In this document: positions 36,764 to 51,869 of the stretch, piece after piece | How positions within the stretch are numbered: position 1 is the first letter of the stretch | Layout of the letters: the number at the start of each line of letters is the position of its first letter | Source: Schmidtea polychroa | Lineage: Eukaryota | Assembly: GCA_044892525.1 (NCBI GenBank) | Contig: CM097885.1 | Coordinates: 28,336,001-28,400,000 of the forward strand | Length of the DNA: 64,000 nt | Direction: 5' to 3' | Notes under the pieces: model-generated | Seen by the model: the letters and a program-made list of their open reading frames with translations, nothing else | What the model was told of the DNA's origin: nothing | Database searches by the model: none | Program-made: the position numbers and the translations under genes

Positions 36764-37222
36764 TGATAGATGTTAAAACTATTGATGATGTTTTCAAACG
36801 GTTAAATTCAAATCTAGCATGTAATCAACCTGCATGGTTCAACAAAGAGTTTGCAAGATTTTATGATGCCTTTGATTAAATCAATTTCAAAGAAAACGAA
36901 AATTGGTATATAACAATTGCAATTTAGGGATATAAAGTTGATAATAATGATGTGTATTCTCCTATTTCGAAAATTATGTCTGCTAGACTTTCACAACTAT
37001 TTTAATGTTGTATTTTATGTATTTAATAAATTTACTAGTCATATTTGTTTTTTCTCTTTATAAACAAAGAAATTGCAACATTAATGCAAAAGACATGCAA
37101 ATTTAACAAAGACAATCTATAAACAAACTTGCAATATAGTTTTAAAGTGGTAAAAATGACTACAGGAAAAGTTTAACATGATTAATTAATTACCGATTTA
37201 TTTAAAATTTTTAATCAACTTT

Positions 37223-37516
37223 TTGTTGAAAAAATTAGCAGAAATAGCTGGGGTAAAAATGGAGTACATATTATCTGTTACAGATGCATTAAATATAGGC
37301 TGGGTAGTTGAGAGTCAAGATACAGGATTTAATGATCAGGAAGTTGAAGAAACCGACGATACTCAAGAAACTGATGACAAAATCTATGAACCTATAGATG
37401 AACCTATAGATGAACCTAAAGATACGGAAAATATTACGAATGATAACAATTGTAACGATTGTGTAGATCATGTCTTCGAAAATGTTATGAAATGTGGACA
37501 TGACTATTGCGAATGA
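37223..37516 (+). pseudogene. Acidic ORF ending in a truncated RING-like motif
   Basis: CNDC...MKCGHDYCE* followed by PCKNC after the stop. Confidence 0.4.
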
Positions 37517-39469
37517 GTAGGAAGTTAGTGGCTCCCTGCAAAAATTGTTGCAACTAGTTTCTTTTTTGCTTTTTGATTACGTAATTTTTGCAGGAAGCCA
37601 CACATATTTTTTTCAATACAAATAAACGGCCTATAGAAAAAAGGCTATTGTTGCAGGAAGTAACTCATATTTTTTTCAATACAAATTAAAGGGAACTATA
37701 GAAAAAAGCCAGGATTTCTCTTACAGGGTTTCCTTGGTCCTGGGATTTTCAATACAAATTTCAATTATCGATAAAAAATCCGTAGTAGTGCTTGAAAATG
37801 ATTGGCTGAATCGATGAATAATTATGATCAATCAATATATTTCATCTCTAGTTAGGTATTTGATGGTAAGTATTTGTAGAAAATTTAGTGGATTTTAATC
37901 TTTTAGTGGGCTCTTATTATATAGATACTAAATTATTTCAATGGAAGAATGTTTGGTGTTTCTAAGAGTTAAAGAAAATTCATATTTTTGAAGAATTCTC
38001 TAAGGATTTTAATAGAATTGACTGAATTAAAGGGGATATAACCTCAAGGGATATAGTCGGTTGGATAATGATATTTAAAGGGGTAAAAATATTTGGTGAG
38101 AGATCGGTTAAGATTGGAATATATGATCTTTTAATGGGGATTTACTCATTTGGATTTAATGATGGATCGGTTAAGAGGGGAATATATGATTTTTTAAGGG
38201 TGGTGTTGGTAAAATATCAATGTTTTAAGGGAAATTGCTATACATTAGTCAGTTATGAATCAATAATAATGTGAAATTATATCGTTTTATTATGTTGTGA
38301 TGAATGCACTGTAAATTCATTTAGATTTCTGGTTTAGAATTATGTTTTATTAAGTAGGGTTAATGAGAAAATTACTTGGTTTCGACAATGAAATCTTTAG
38401 AGATAATTTGAATTGATATCAACTTTAAATTATTTTTATCTTTATTCAGGTGAACAATGACAAAAGTTGAGAAATATTGACTTAAAACATTGACTAAAGA
38501 AAATTCATCTTTATTGAAAGAAATTTATCGGGTGATTTAAATTAGTAATTAAATCGGTTGAATATCAGTAAAATATGACCATTTGAAGAAATATATTTTA
38601 TTGGATGGATAAATTTAATTTTTCAATGGAACTACTCAGTTATATTGTACAGTAATATTTATTTTAAATTTCGAGTGATTTAGAACAAAAATTTAATTAT
38701 AACTGGTTTTATCAATTGATTTTATAAATTGTTTATAGTTAATGATTTTAGAAGATTTTTATGAAATATGTTTGATTAAAGAAATTAAAGATAGTTAATG
38801 TCATTTAAAGGGATTTTAAGGAATCTTATTAGTCTGAGGAGAATATATGATCATTTACAAGTACTTATCATTAAAATACCAATCTTTAATTATTGATTTA
38901 TTTAGGGGAAAATGATTCTTTTAAGATGATTTTATTTGAGAACTCGCTTGGATATAACAAATATTGTCATTTAAATGAATTTACTGGTTTATTAGATGTT
39001 ATCATTAGTGGGCTTATATCAGTCTCTTGGTATTTAATGATAATTATTTTTAGTGTAGATTGACGACTTTGATAATTGTAATGAATTTATACAGTTTTTT
39101 TGAATATTTTGAGCAATCCGTCAATCGATTTGAGTATACATGTGTTACTTTTAAAGAAAATAATTAAAATTAATTTATTTCAATTAATTTATTCAATCTA
39201 AATCAATTATCTACTAGATTTTATTTCAAAATTCTTATTAATTTATTAACTTAGCTGATTCATATTAACTTGAATGATCAGTATTTTCTTTATTTACTGG
39301 ATGATTAATGACTAGAATTTAAAGTTCTTTATTGTCCATTAATTACATTTTGATATTTAGCATGCTTTAAATAATTTAAATTTTTACACTTATTTAATCA
39401 ATTTTTAGCAAGTTATTGATGCCTTGAGTTCAATTAACAATATTTAATTGCAATTATTTTTAAGTGTTG

Positions 39470-39929
39470 TTAGTTGATTGTTGATACTTGTTGATACAAT
39501 ATTTAATTGCAATTATTTTTAAGTGTTGTTAGTTGATTGTTGATACTTGGTATCTAGTTGTAAGTACTTGGTAACTAGTTGGTTGCTTGTTGTTGTTAGC
39601 TAGTGTGGATACATTGTTGGTATCTTGTACTTGGTAGTTGGTACAGTGTTGTTAACTGATTGTTGTTATATAGTTGTAGGTTGATAATGCTTAGTACCTG
39701 TTTGTTGTTGGTTGTAAGTACTTGGTTGTTGTTAGTACTTAGTTGTGGGTATGTGGTTGTAAGTACTTGGTATCTAGTTGTTAGCTGGTTGTTAGTAATT
39801 GATAGATAGTTAATGGGTATGTGGGGGTTGAGTGTTACTAACATCCTTACGACCAGTGCCTTTATGACCAATACCCTTACGACCAATACCCATAGAGTGT
39901 CAAAACATCTTGTCGGATAAACTCAGACT
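39470..39929. repeat. Degenerate GTTGTAAGTACTTGGT repeats plus terminal sequence CCCTTACGACCA...AAACTCAGACT
   Basis: Same end as 31730-31784; same short repeats at 40200-40420, 42420-42535 and inverted at ~47050-47120. Confidence 0.6.
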
Positions 39930-40424
39930 ATATATAATAAAATGAATCAATAATAACTATTTTTTGAATACAATTTTTTAATACAATCAATTAAAAGAAG
40001 AATGTTTTGTGAATTAGAATTAGAATTCTATAGTCTTTTATTGTAATTTAAATTATCCTCATTTCTACGTGGTGTTTTAAAGTGATTGATAATTATTCAT
40101 TATTGATTGTAATTAAAAATATTTTTGAAGACTAATAAAAAAATTTAATTTATTTAAAAAGCATTTGATAAAATACAATGAAGAATATTTAGTTGATTGA
40201 AAGTTAGTTAGTTGTAAGTATCTAATTGTTTGAGAGTTAGTTAGTATTTGGTATCTGGTACCTAGTCGGTTGCTTGTTAGTACATGGTATCATGTTGTAA
40301 GTATTTGGTACTTATTTGTTAACACCTGGTTAAAAATATTTAGTAGCCGGTAGTTGGTATATGATTGTAAATAATAACTAGATAGTACCTAATTTTTAGG
40401 TATCTAGTGGTATTGAATATCTAA

Positions 40425-42270
40425 TACAAGCTGCAATAAACAGCGGAAAAGGAGTTCAGATAGCAGGATAAAAAATAAGTATCCTAGCCTATGCAGATGA
40501 CCTCGTCTTAATGGCACCACAACATCACTTGATACAAGAACTGCTAGACATAATCGTAGAACAAGCTAAACTAGCCCATCTGATATTTAAACCAGAAAAA
40601 TGTGGATATTATATCAACAAAAATGACAACGTTGGCTGGGAAAACAACATTTATCTTAACCGCATCAAGATCAAAAAGATAAACGAGGAAAATCTATACA
40701 CTTACTTTGGGGTCTCAATAGGAAATACAAAAAAAACGACCTAAATGAGATCTTCCAAGAAGTGGAAGCCAAAACAACAAGCATATTCAAATCACTCATA
40801 AGAGCTCAACTAAAGATAGAAGCATAAAACACCTTCTGTCATTCGAAATTCATATTTATCTTACAAGCAGAGGAAATAACAAAAACCCAAGCAGAAAAAT
40901 TCGATGATAAAATTAGAATGATGATAAAAGATAAAGAAGTGCTAGATCTACAACAGAAAAGCCCACTAATGGATGCCATCCTCTACTCCCCTAAAGATAA
41001 AGGAGGAATAGACATAACCAAAATCGTGGATGAACAGATGATACAAACAATAGAAAGATTCCTAAAACTGATAAACAGCAAACATACAGCAATAGTAAAA
41101 ATTATCGCAGAAGAACTGATTGATGTAGCCGAAACCAGAACTGAAACTCCCATCAACTCACTACCAGAAGCATTGAAGTGGCTGGATGGAACATATGAAC
41201 ATAAAAGATCAAGCTTAGCCAAAAAATCCTGGCTCGATAGAATAAAAAACGCAATCACACAACTGTACAAAGACCACAATATAAAGGTTAACTTTATAAT
41301 TAGAAATATAGGTAGAGGATGCAACATCAAATGGAACTCACAAGAAAAACCGGAAGAAGTTTTTCCACCTCATCTAGATGAATCCTCAAAGAAACTACAC
41401 TGGATGATTAGTGAGGCATACTTTCAAAAATGGACAGAAACCAACTGCCAAGGCCATATTTTGAGATTACCAAAATCAGAATACACAGACTGGTACTTAT
41501 CATTTCTAGATAGAATGACTACTACATGAAAGATCACATAATTAAGGCTTGAGCTAACATGCTTGACATAAATATGAAACAATCAAACCAAGGAGGCAGA
41601 TTAGGCAGCACAAAGTGCAGAAATTGTGAAAATCCCCACGAATCATCCATACATGTCCTAAACATATGTGTGAGAGGAACCAGAATGAGGACCAACAAGC
41701 ACAATGAAATACAAAAAGCACTGGAAGAAATATTAAGAAACAAAGGAATCAATTTTGAAACAGAAAAAAACCAAAAGAAGCGAAGGAAATGTTAAAACCA
41801 GACATTGTAGCCAGATTAAAGGATCACATAATGATAATAGATGTAAAATGCCCATTTGATGACCATCCAACCATTGAAGCATCAAGAACAAAAAACCAAA
41901 ACAAATACAGAAAATTAGCACAAGACATCCAAGAAGCAACAAACACATATGCAACAGTAGAAACATTCGTGGTATGCTCCCTCCAAACATGGGACAAACG
42001 GAATAATGATGTATTTAGAAAATTGGGACTCAGATATGAAGAGTACATGCCCATAAAGAACGAAATGATAGATAGAGTGATTAAAGGCTCCAGAAAGACA
42101 TATGAAAATCATTGGGGCTTCCATCAATAACACAAGAAAACAAGAATGGATGATTGTTCCCGCATCCTTAAAATGGCACACACGAATATTAAACACCCCA
42201 TACAGTAGCTCGCCTACTGTATTTGGCCTGACATATTTATTATGCTGACTTTCATTTTCATTAATAAAAT
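40425..42270 (+). mobile_element. 5'-truncated non-LTR retrotransposon with restriction-like endonuclease (R2/NeSL/R4 group), degenerate
   Basis: LAYADDLVL RT motif at ~40483; P.DKGG; CRNC...E...HVLN.C zinc knuckle; KHN; LKPDIV; IIDVK; K..KY; 3' UTR hairpin TACAGTAG..CTACTGTA and AATAAA. Confidence 0.9.
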
Positions 42271-42538
42271 TTTGTACAATGTTTGTTAGAAGTACAAAGT
42301 TGTAAGTATCTCTTTGACTTTTTAGATTTTGACAAGCATATAAGAAATATTTTACTTACTGAATTAAGAAGAGCTTATTATAAGCAAATACTTGATGAAT
42401 AAATTTTATGTGTATGTATGTGGTTGTTAGTACTTGTTTGTTTTTTACTTGGTTGTTAGTACATGGTACTTGGTAGCTGGCTGTAAGTACTTGGTATCTA
42501 GTTGTAAATACCTGATATTTTTGGTATCTGATTGTTGA

Positions 42539-42617
<79 letters not shown>

Positions 42618-42675
42618 CATTAAAATTTTCATTTGACTTTGAAAAATATTTCATTGAAATTTGTATTTAAAATTA

Positions 42676-42904
42676 CCATATTAGTCCGAATATAACACGA
42701 CCCCGTATTTAATTTAAGTCTTAAACTTTAAGAAATACTCATAAAAAAATTAAAATTAAGGGAAATTCAATTAGATAACCGTTTGGTTAGGTAATTAAAA
42801 GTAATGCGTAGGTTATATTCATGAAAATAAATTTAATTAATTTAAACCAAAATTTAATAAAAATAAAATGTTAAAAATTGTCGCGTTATATTCGGGCAAT
42901 ACGG
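42676..42904. mobile_element. pogo-like MITE
   Basis: Imperfect TIR CC(G/A)TATT..CCGAATATAAC.CGAC with TA on both flanks. Confidence 0.75.
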
Positions 42905-43643
42905 TATTTCATAAAATCGATATTTCATAAACATCGATATATATTCAATTTAAAATTCAATTTAAAATAAATTTGTTGCTTGTTTTAAAAGATCAAAGAA
43001 TTTAATTTCCATTTTGATTAATTTTTAAATGCTTCATTTCTTTTGTCAAATTTTCTAAAATTTCCGATTTATATTTAACAACGAAAACTCTATTTTAAAA
43101 ATAAAAATAGTTAATAGAATTTAGTTAAATTTATTGATAGCAAATATTTGAATAAAATAATATTTTCTATCTGTCATCCTATCGACTATTAATCAACGCT
43201 TTTTTTCTATTTAACATAAATTTTTACCGCTGCCTTTTTCAAGTGTTAAGATAAATTATGATATTAGTAATAAAATGTATATTGAAAAATAATAAAAGAT
43301 TTTCAAATATTTTTATTAATATATATTATCATTACATTATAATAATTAAAATCAATTAATTTAATTATATAAATTAACTAAATGATTTATTTATCTTATG
43401 GTTTTGATTTTTTTTGATTTTTCAATTAACAAATAAACTTTGCTTTAAAGTTTGAAATTGTTCCGGTCTTTTAATGAACAAATGCTGAACCTATTTTAAA
43501 TTCAAAAAATTATAAAAAATTACAGAAGTCAATAATTTAAACAATGTCTTTTTCCTCAACTATCATTTCTTTCATGTACTCCAAAACAAGCAAGTTCTTA
43601 CCTTTGTGGGGTATTAGTAAAATCCTATGTAAATTATTGGTTG

Positions 43644-44529
43644 TGTTGGGTTATCGAGTTGGTGATAAAATTAGAATTCTTACTCTGACTTCAAGCGTGT
43701 CTTTGACTGACCTACAAATAACAATTAACACTTGAAACTTTATTGAATATTGAATAACAAGTATTAAATAACAAGCTAACAATTATACCGTGCTTATTAC
43801 AACACTATGACGAGGAATAGCACACTCGTATAACTTTGATTTGACAAATCTCTGACAACCGAGGAGTGTAATAATTGGTAATTTTAACTGGTTGTTCTCT
43901 GATTTTGACTTGGTTTTACTCGCCTAACTTTATTCTATTATCAACTGAATAAACTCTTGCTCTCTTTATTTCTGTTTTCTTTTTAGTTTCTCTGCTACAA
44001 TTTTATTCAAATATTTCTTCTAAATTGTTCTCTCAATAGCTTCTCCAAACTGTTCGATACTACAATTCCCCCACATCTTCTTAATTTTGTAACACGTCCT
44101 CTTCACAGTTTCTCTCTGCTGCTTCTGCTGTGCCATCTCCTTTTATAACTCGTAAATTTGTGGCACTTCAGTTTATCTCCAATTCCACATTTTTTCTCCA
44201 ACATGATGTCCCAGTTTTCCCTGCGACCGAGTTATCTTTGACAGCTGTCGCAATATTTATAATTTTTTCCTTTTGCGGCTCTGGCCTGTTATTGTTGTTT
44301 TTCTGTTTTCCTAATTTCGAAATTCCTTTTCCTTTTTGTACTAATTAATTAGTTACTGACCTTGATTTTTATTTTCATGTTTGGTTTCTTTTGTTTCCTT
44401 CGTCTTCCTCATTTCTCATTTCTTTTTGCTTCCGCTTTCTTTTCTGAGTTCCAACCGATCGTCATGACCATTTTCCCCCAAGTAATTTTATTTATTTGTT
44501 TATAATTTGTCATTTAGGTATCCTCAACA
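43644..44529 (-). mobile_element. Solo LTR, same family as 13447-14434, opposite orientation
   Basis: Minus strand TGTTGAGGATACCTAAAT...TAACCCAACA; flanks GTTG/GTTT. Confidence 0.8.
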
Positions 44530-44534
44530 GTTTT

Positions 44535-44695
44535 ATTATTCTACAATATATTTAAAATTATCTAGAAATATATTTAAAATTATCTAACAATATATTTAAA
44601 ATTATTCAACATTATATTAGAAGTTATTCCGCAATGTATTTAAAATATTCCAAAATTTAATTTAAAATTATCCAACAATATATTTAAAATTTTTA
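44535..44695. repeat. ~22-bp minisatellite (AAATTATCTAACAATATATTTA)n
   Basis: About seven degenerate tandem units. Confidence 0.75.
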
Positions 44696-45186
44696 AAATA
44701 GTAAGGAAATATTTTTATTACCTTTAAAAAACACTTTGTCAGCCATATAATTAAAAATCGATATCCAAGTCAACAAAAACAAAAAAAAACAAACAAAACA
44801 AACTAACATATAATAACTTTAATATAATAAAAATTAATTCAATAGAAAATTAATATTTTAGAATAATATATAGATATGAGCATTCTGGACCAATGTGAGT
44901 TTTCGCACCATTGCAGGATTTTTTTGACCAGAAAGGAATTACAGTATGTATTTTTAAGTGAAATTTTGTGTTTAAGTTCAAAAGTGTGCAAAGTGCAAAT
45001 TTTGACTATTTTAAGGAATAAAGATTTTTCTGACTATAACCAGAGTCCTCTAGTTAGTGATCCCTTGAAATATTTGAAATTTTCTTTTTATAAAAAGAAT
45101 GACTTCGTCGAGTCTCCTTCCTCTAGAGACTGAGCTTTTAACATATTTGGAAATTTGGTTTTTCAGTCTCACACTACTCATTTCAT

Positions 45187-45600
45187 CAGTGCCGGATTTA
45201 GATCTGATAAGGCCCTAGGCTATTTGAAATATGGGGCCCTCTACAAGACAAGATATCATATCTTAGCGCCAAATATGATTTTCGGATACCTAGAGGGATA
45301 AACTGAAATACAATTAAGAAGTATAGATAGTGAAATAATAAATCTAAAATCTAAAATCATTTTTATTCATAACAAACTTAAAAATGCAAACTCTGATAAA
45401 AAGAAGCAAAAGATCTTTAAAAAAAGCAATTTACAAAGGCTTATTATCTAATCTCTTGAAACATGCTATGAGAAATTATATTAAACTAAATTATTTTCTT
45501 TCTTGCTTTGTCTGAGCAAAGTCACTGAGGACATCATCGAATGATAAACTGCGAAGTTTGTCACTTTTTATACACAGGAGACTAGGAAACATAATTTGGA
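45187..45600 (-). mobile_element. hAT 3'-end remnant
   Basis: CAGTGCCGGATTTA terminus with GGCCC subterminal motifs; minus-strand ...FDDVLSDFAQTKQERK* tail. Confidence 0.55.
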
Positions 45601-45694
45601 ATAATCCTATTACACACTGTTTAATTAAAAACAAACTGTTTTAATTAAAACACACTGTTTAAATATTTAACCAAATTATTTATTTAAAATAAAA

Positions 45695-46660
45695 ATGCCG
45701 CGAATCCAAAATATAACAAAACTTACGGAATTAATATACAACGATGAAGAGCTAATTGCAACCAGATTTAAATCCGACAGTCTTTATGATGACTTGAAAA
45801 AATCCAAACTTGAAGTATTAGAATTTGTGGCTAGCTTAGGACTTATTAAAAATACCATGGATTGTGAAATGTGCAATGCACACATGAAGTTAGTAAAAGC
45901 GAAAAGGCTAGTTGATGGTTATGTGTGGAGCTGCACACTCCCATGCCGAAAATCAACTTCTGTGCGATTCGACTCAATATTTTTCGATAGCAAGTTACCG
46001 CTAAAAGATTTGTTGATGACTATATTTTTTTGGTCAAAAAATCAACAACAAGATGAAATTTCTAATGATTTGACTTTAAATAAAAATACATTGGTCGAAA
46101 AATGTAAAGATCTTCGTGAATTGTGTGCGATGGGTTTGGAGGGATTTAACGATGTATTGGGGGGTATTGATGCGGACGGAAATCCAATCGAGGTTGAGAT
46201 TGACGAGTCATGTTTTTCGAAAAGGAAATATAATAGAGGCCGTCTAACAAACAGTAAGTGGGTTTTCGGCGCTTATGAAAGGGGTACTAAGAAGTGTTTT
46301 TTGGTAATAGTGCCTAATAGGAATGCTGATACTCTATTAAGAATAATAAATACGCGTATTCTGCCAGGAACAAGAGTAATAAGCGATGGATGGGCGGCTT
46401 ATCGTCGTATAATTGAAAGCGGGCTTTTTACGCACGACGTTGTCATACATGCGGACAACTTTGTTTCACCAACAGATACAAGCGTTCATACGCAAAATAT
46501 CGAATCAACATGGGCTCATGCTAAAAGAAAATTACGAAACCAATACGGATCGAAAAAATTATATTTAGCGGGTTATTTAAGTGAGTTTTTGTTTCGTCGG
46601 AAGTGTGATAAGTTTAAGGTCTTCAATGAGATTCTGCTGGTCATCCGGAAATGGTGGTAA
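45695..46660 (+). CDS. Merlin (IS1016/ISXO2-like, IS1595 family) DDE transposase, intact 321-aa ORF
   Basis: C..C...C...C zinc motif, VEIDES.FSKRKYNRGR, WVFG, PGT.VISDGWAAY, H..V.H..NFV, HTQNIESTW. Confidence 0.92.
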   Translation: MPRIQNITKLTELIYNDEELIATRFKSDSLYDDLKKSKLEVLEFVASLGLIKNTMDCEMCNAHMKLVKAKRLVDGYVWSCTLPCRKSTSVRFDSIFFDSKLPLKDLLMTIFFWSKNQQQDEISNDLTLNKNTLVEKCKDLRELCAMGLEGFNDVLGGIDADGNPIEVEIDESCFSKRKYNRGRLTNSKWVFGAYERGTKKCFLVIVPNRNADTLLRIINTRILPGTRVISDGWAAYRRIIESGLFTHDVVIHADNFVSPTDTSVHTQNIESTWAHAKRKLRNQYGSKKLYLAGYLSEFLFRRKCDKFKVFNEILLVIRKWW

Positions 46661-47255
46661 ATTATATTTAGGTTATTATATAAAAAATATTTTTTATTAA
46701 AAAATGAAAACCTTTATAGAATCTTTAAAAATTTAAAAATTGTATATTTTTTTATTTTGAATTTTATCGTAAATTTAATTTTGAATTTAAATTCTTGAAA
46801 AAGTTTTATTTTAATTTATTTTATTTATTTCAGTCAATGAGAACGCGGAAAATGAATTTAGAAAAGATCATCAAAAAGCATTTGAAAATTGAAATAGCTA
46901 AAATCCCAAGAAACTGACAATAAATATTTTTCTAATCGAAAGTTTTTTCATACTATTCAATATTTACTTTGCAGCAAGATGCATATATTATCATTTACTT
47001 GTTTAATATAAGTAATAATAATAATAATAAATCAATCAATTAAATCAACCTAAAATACTAACAACTGGTTACTAGCAACCAGGTACTTACAAACCAACAC
47101 ATAGGTACCAACAAACTAACATAAATAGAATATCACAAGAAAAAGAAACGTAAAATTTTCAAAATTTCCATCGACTTCTTTGATGACATCACATTCCTTG
47201 TCATCAAATTACACAAAAGCTTGGTGAGTTCATCTTCATTATCATCCGTTTAAAG

Positions 47256-47574
47256 CAGTGGTTCTCAACCAGTGTTCCGCGAAAAAAATGACATTTTATC
47301 TTTAAATATGCATTTAAGATACATATCATCAAAAACCTCAATTAATTTTTTTTATAAGATGATTCAATAAGAAAGCCGTTACACAGATATATAAACATAC
47401 AAATATAAAAGTGTTTTTATTGCTTGTTATTGTTGCGCGTGGTATTTTCTTTGCTTATAAGAAGGCATTTTTTACATTTACGACAGATTTATAGTAATTT
47501 GTGATTGGTCACTCATTGTGGGCAAGTATTTTTTTGTCAGTGTTCCGCGTTTTTATATTAATTGAGAACCACTG
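47256..47574. mobile_element. hAT (Charlie/SPIN-like) MITE
   Basis: TIR CAGTGGTTCTCAA/TTGAGAACCACTG, perfect 8-bp TSD GTTTAAAG. Confidence 0.95.
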
Positions 47575-49223
47575 GTTTAAAGTATTTTCATTGTTTGTAA
47601 TACATACTTCATTATGTCCGTATCCACGACTTTTATTTATTCTTACCAAAACCATTTTATTATCTTTATTTGTCAATGCAATTTTTGAATTTTTAAAGCT
47701 ATGATTTTTTGTTCCTATTCAAAATTGAGGGAAATTAAAAGTTACGTCTTCTTATAACAATTAGCTTTTAGGCATTTTGATTTACCTAATAACTCTTAGC
47801 ATTTTGACCTTAAAATAACCCACTCCTCATATCCCTCACTCTTACTTTCATCACTCATCTAGCCATGTAAACCAAACCCTACTGAGATTCACCTATAATA
47901 TAAAAAAAGAATCAATAACGTCATAATATAGAAACTTACCTAACTCTGATGTTATTCTCCCCAATTGCTATGAGATGCAATCTAAACTAAAGAAATTGCA
48001 AAAGTGAGAAAAATTAAATATTGCATACAAACACAATTCATACTATAAATGCTTGTAAGCTTACAATATGCATTTGAGGCAATGAGATACACTTCTATAA
48101 TAAGTTTATTTTAATCAATTTTTAGAAAAAAATTATGGTGAAAAAATTGAGTTTCCGTAAAAATGAAGAGATATCGTCGTAAGATTTACTTAAAAGTTAA
48201 AATTAATTTAATGTTTCCTTAGCATTTTGGAAATTTCTGTCCAAGTCATAATTAATTTATTATTTCCAAAGGATTTCACATTTTCCTGGACCTTTTACAA
48301 TGCCCATTACCTTAACAACAAACCATAAATTTTAAATTTTATTTATAAGTTTTAAAATTGTAATATTATTACAGAATTTCGGAGAGTGACATTTAAAAAT
48401 GGAGAAGGTTATTTCTATTTTCTCCATAATCGTATATTTTTCTCGAAATGTTTAAAAAATACATATTAATGGATATTACTTAGGTTTTTAAATAAATGAT
48501 TGATCAAACGTATTTTGAATTGAAATATTTATTTAAATAAAATAAAATAAATAATCATCTGAAAATGTTGAAAAATTAATAAAATAATGACTGTGAATCG
48601 AATAATTTATTAAAACAAATTATTCAATACTTTGATCTACGCAACAATTTGTATTATAGAGTGTATCTCAGTGGAGTTTGATGAACGCATTTCTCTTCTT
48701 ATAGCAGATTTAATTTAGAAAAGGTGTAATATAAGCCTAAATATTTGTGAGTTAGATCAAAGATTTTATTCCTCGGATAATTTTGAAATATCTGAGAAAA
48801 CTCTTGTTTAAATTAATGTATGAAATTAGGATTTGAGAAAATTAAAATTAAATTTATCAAAAAATCCTAAGGAGAAATATATAATATATGATATATTTAC
48901 ATTTGTAAACATTTATAAATCGCAAAAAAAATAAAACTTATTATTACGAAATATTAATATTTTTATTTTATATTGAAATTTAATTCATCATTTCTCAGCA
49001 GGAAATTATCCAGTGTTCTTTCATTAAATCTCCATTTGCACGACAATGAAAGAAAATAAATATTAAAAGCAATTAGTAATTTTAATTTAATATAAATTTA
49101 TTTAAATAATAATTTTTTCAAAAACCTCAAATTATAAAAAAACCAAAAGATTAATCAAATATTTGTAAGGTTTTGTACAAATGAGATTGATGATAATTAA
49201 TTTATTTATATTAATATGATTGC

Positions 49224-49317
<94 letters not shown>

Positions 49318-49497
49318 TATTATCATATTTAATTAAAGTAAATGGTAAATGATTTAATCATATTTCCTTGCACAGTATTAAAGAGGAGAAATGGAATTTT
49401 TTGATTTATGTTTTTAAATAAATTTTAATTTGAGTATATTAGTATTTCATATTATTCTTCAATATTGGATATCAAACTACAAAACAATAATAAATAA

Positions 49498-49820
49498 TAT
49501 AAACATTACAAGCTTTGTGATACCCAGTGCAAATCCCAATAGTAGACTAGTTTCGAGCTTTTGGCTCTCATCAGTACTATGCAGGAGACGCGAAGATTTC
49601 TCTTTGCGCCAGGTAAGTATACAATATTGCTGATTCAACTCTATTGTATACTTTCCCTGCTACACTAGAAATCACATCACTTGGAAATTAGCTAAATCAC
49701 AGAAAAAAATATCTGCAAACTTGTAAACATGGCTTATGAAAAATCATATTCACCTCTGGAGACACCGTCATACACAGAAACTATTTACAAGTGCATCCGT
49801 AAATCTTTAGCATTTTTAAC
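49498..49820 (-). mobile_element. U1-headed hammerhead repeat (family A), copy 3
   Basis: U1-like head ends at 49620, hammerhead 49539-49580; colinear with 27836-28150. Confidence 0.9.
49539..49580 (-). ncRNA. Minimal type I hammerhead ribozyme, intact core
   Basis: ATAGTA-CTGATGA-GAGC CAAAA GCTC-GAAA-CTAG-TC-TACTAT. Confidence 0.9.
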
Positions 49821-49839
49821 ACCATTACAAATAATATAT

Positions 49840-50001
<162 letters not shown>

Positions 50002-50526
50002 TCGTTTAATTGTGAAAAACATTGTTTAATATGGTAATTATAAGCATCTTCAAGCACCTACAAAGAGAAGAGGAAATAAGTAAATTGCCGAAACTTGATA
50101 TTTTTATTATAAAAATCAAAGATACTTATCATAGTAATAATGTCTCAATCATTGGTGTAGCTAGGACTGGGTAACATGCTATTGGTTATTGTAGGCGTTA
50201 CCCTAATATAATTAACTAAACATGCACGTACAAACAACACTAACGATACAGCTGTCATCAGAAGTAATATTAGACAATATATACATCAAAACATTTTGGA
50301 TCAAACAAAGAAATTTACAATTGCACTCTCGCCTCACAGATCTAAAGAACTTTTATCTAAAGACCCAAGCCAACATAATAAATGTTATAATGAAACGTAC
50401 TATTAGTCAATGTGGAAGTACAGTCCAACTCCATGCTTGTGGCTTTGCTATTCTAATATTTTAGATGTGACTTATTGTGAATCTTGTTGGTTTTTTTCAA
50501 ACACCAACAGTCAATAGTAGTTAGTT

Positions 50527-51869
<1,343 letters not shown>

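Noticed and set aside
44878..45179. Sola2-like MITE with GAG...CTC ends
   Set aside because: TIR match too weak and TSD imperfect (ATAT/ATTT) to support a call.
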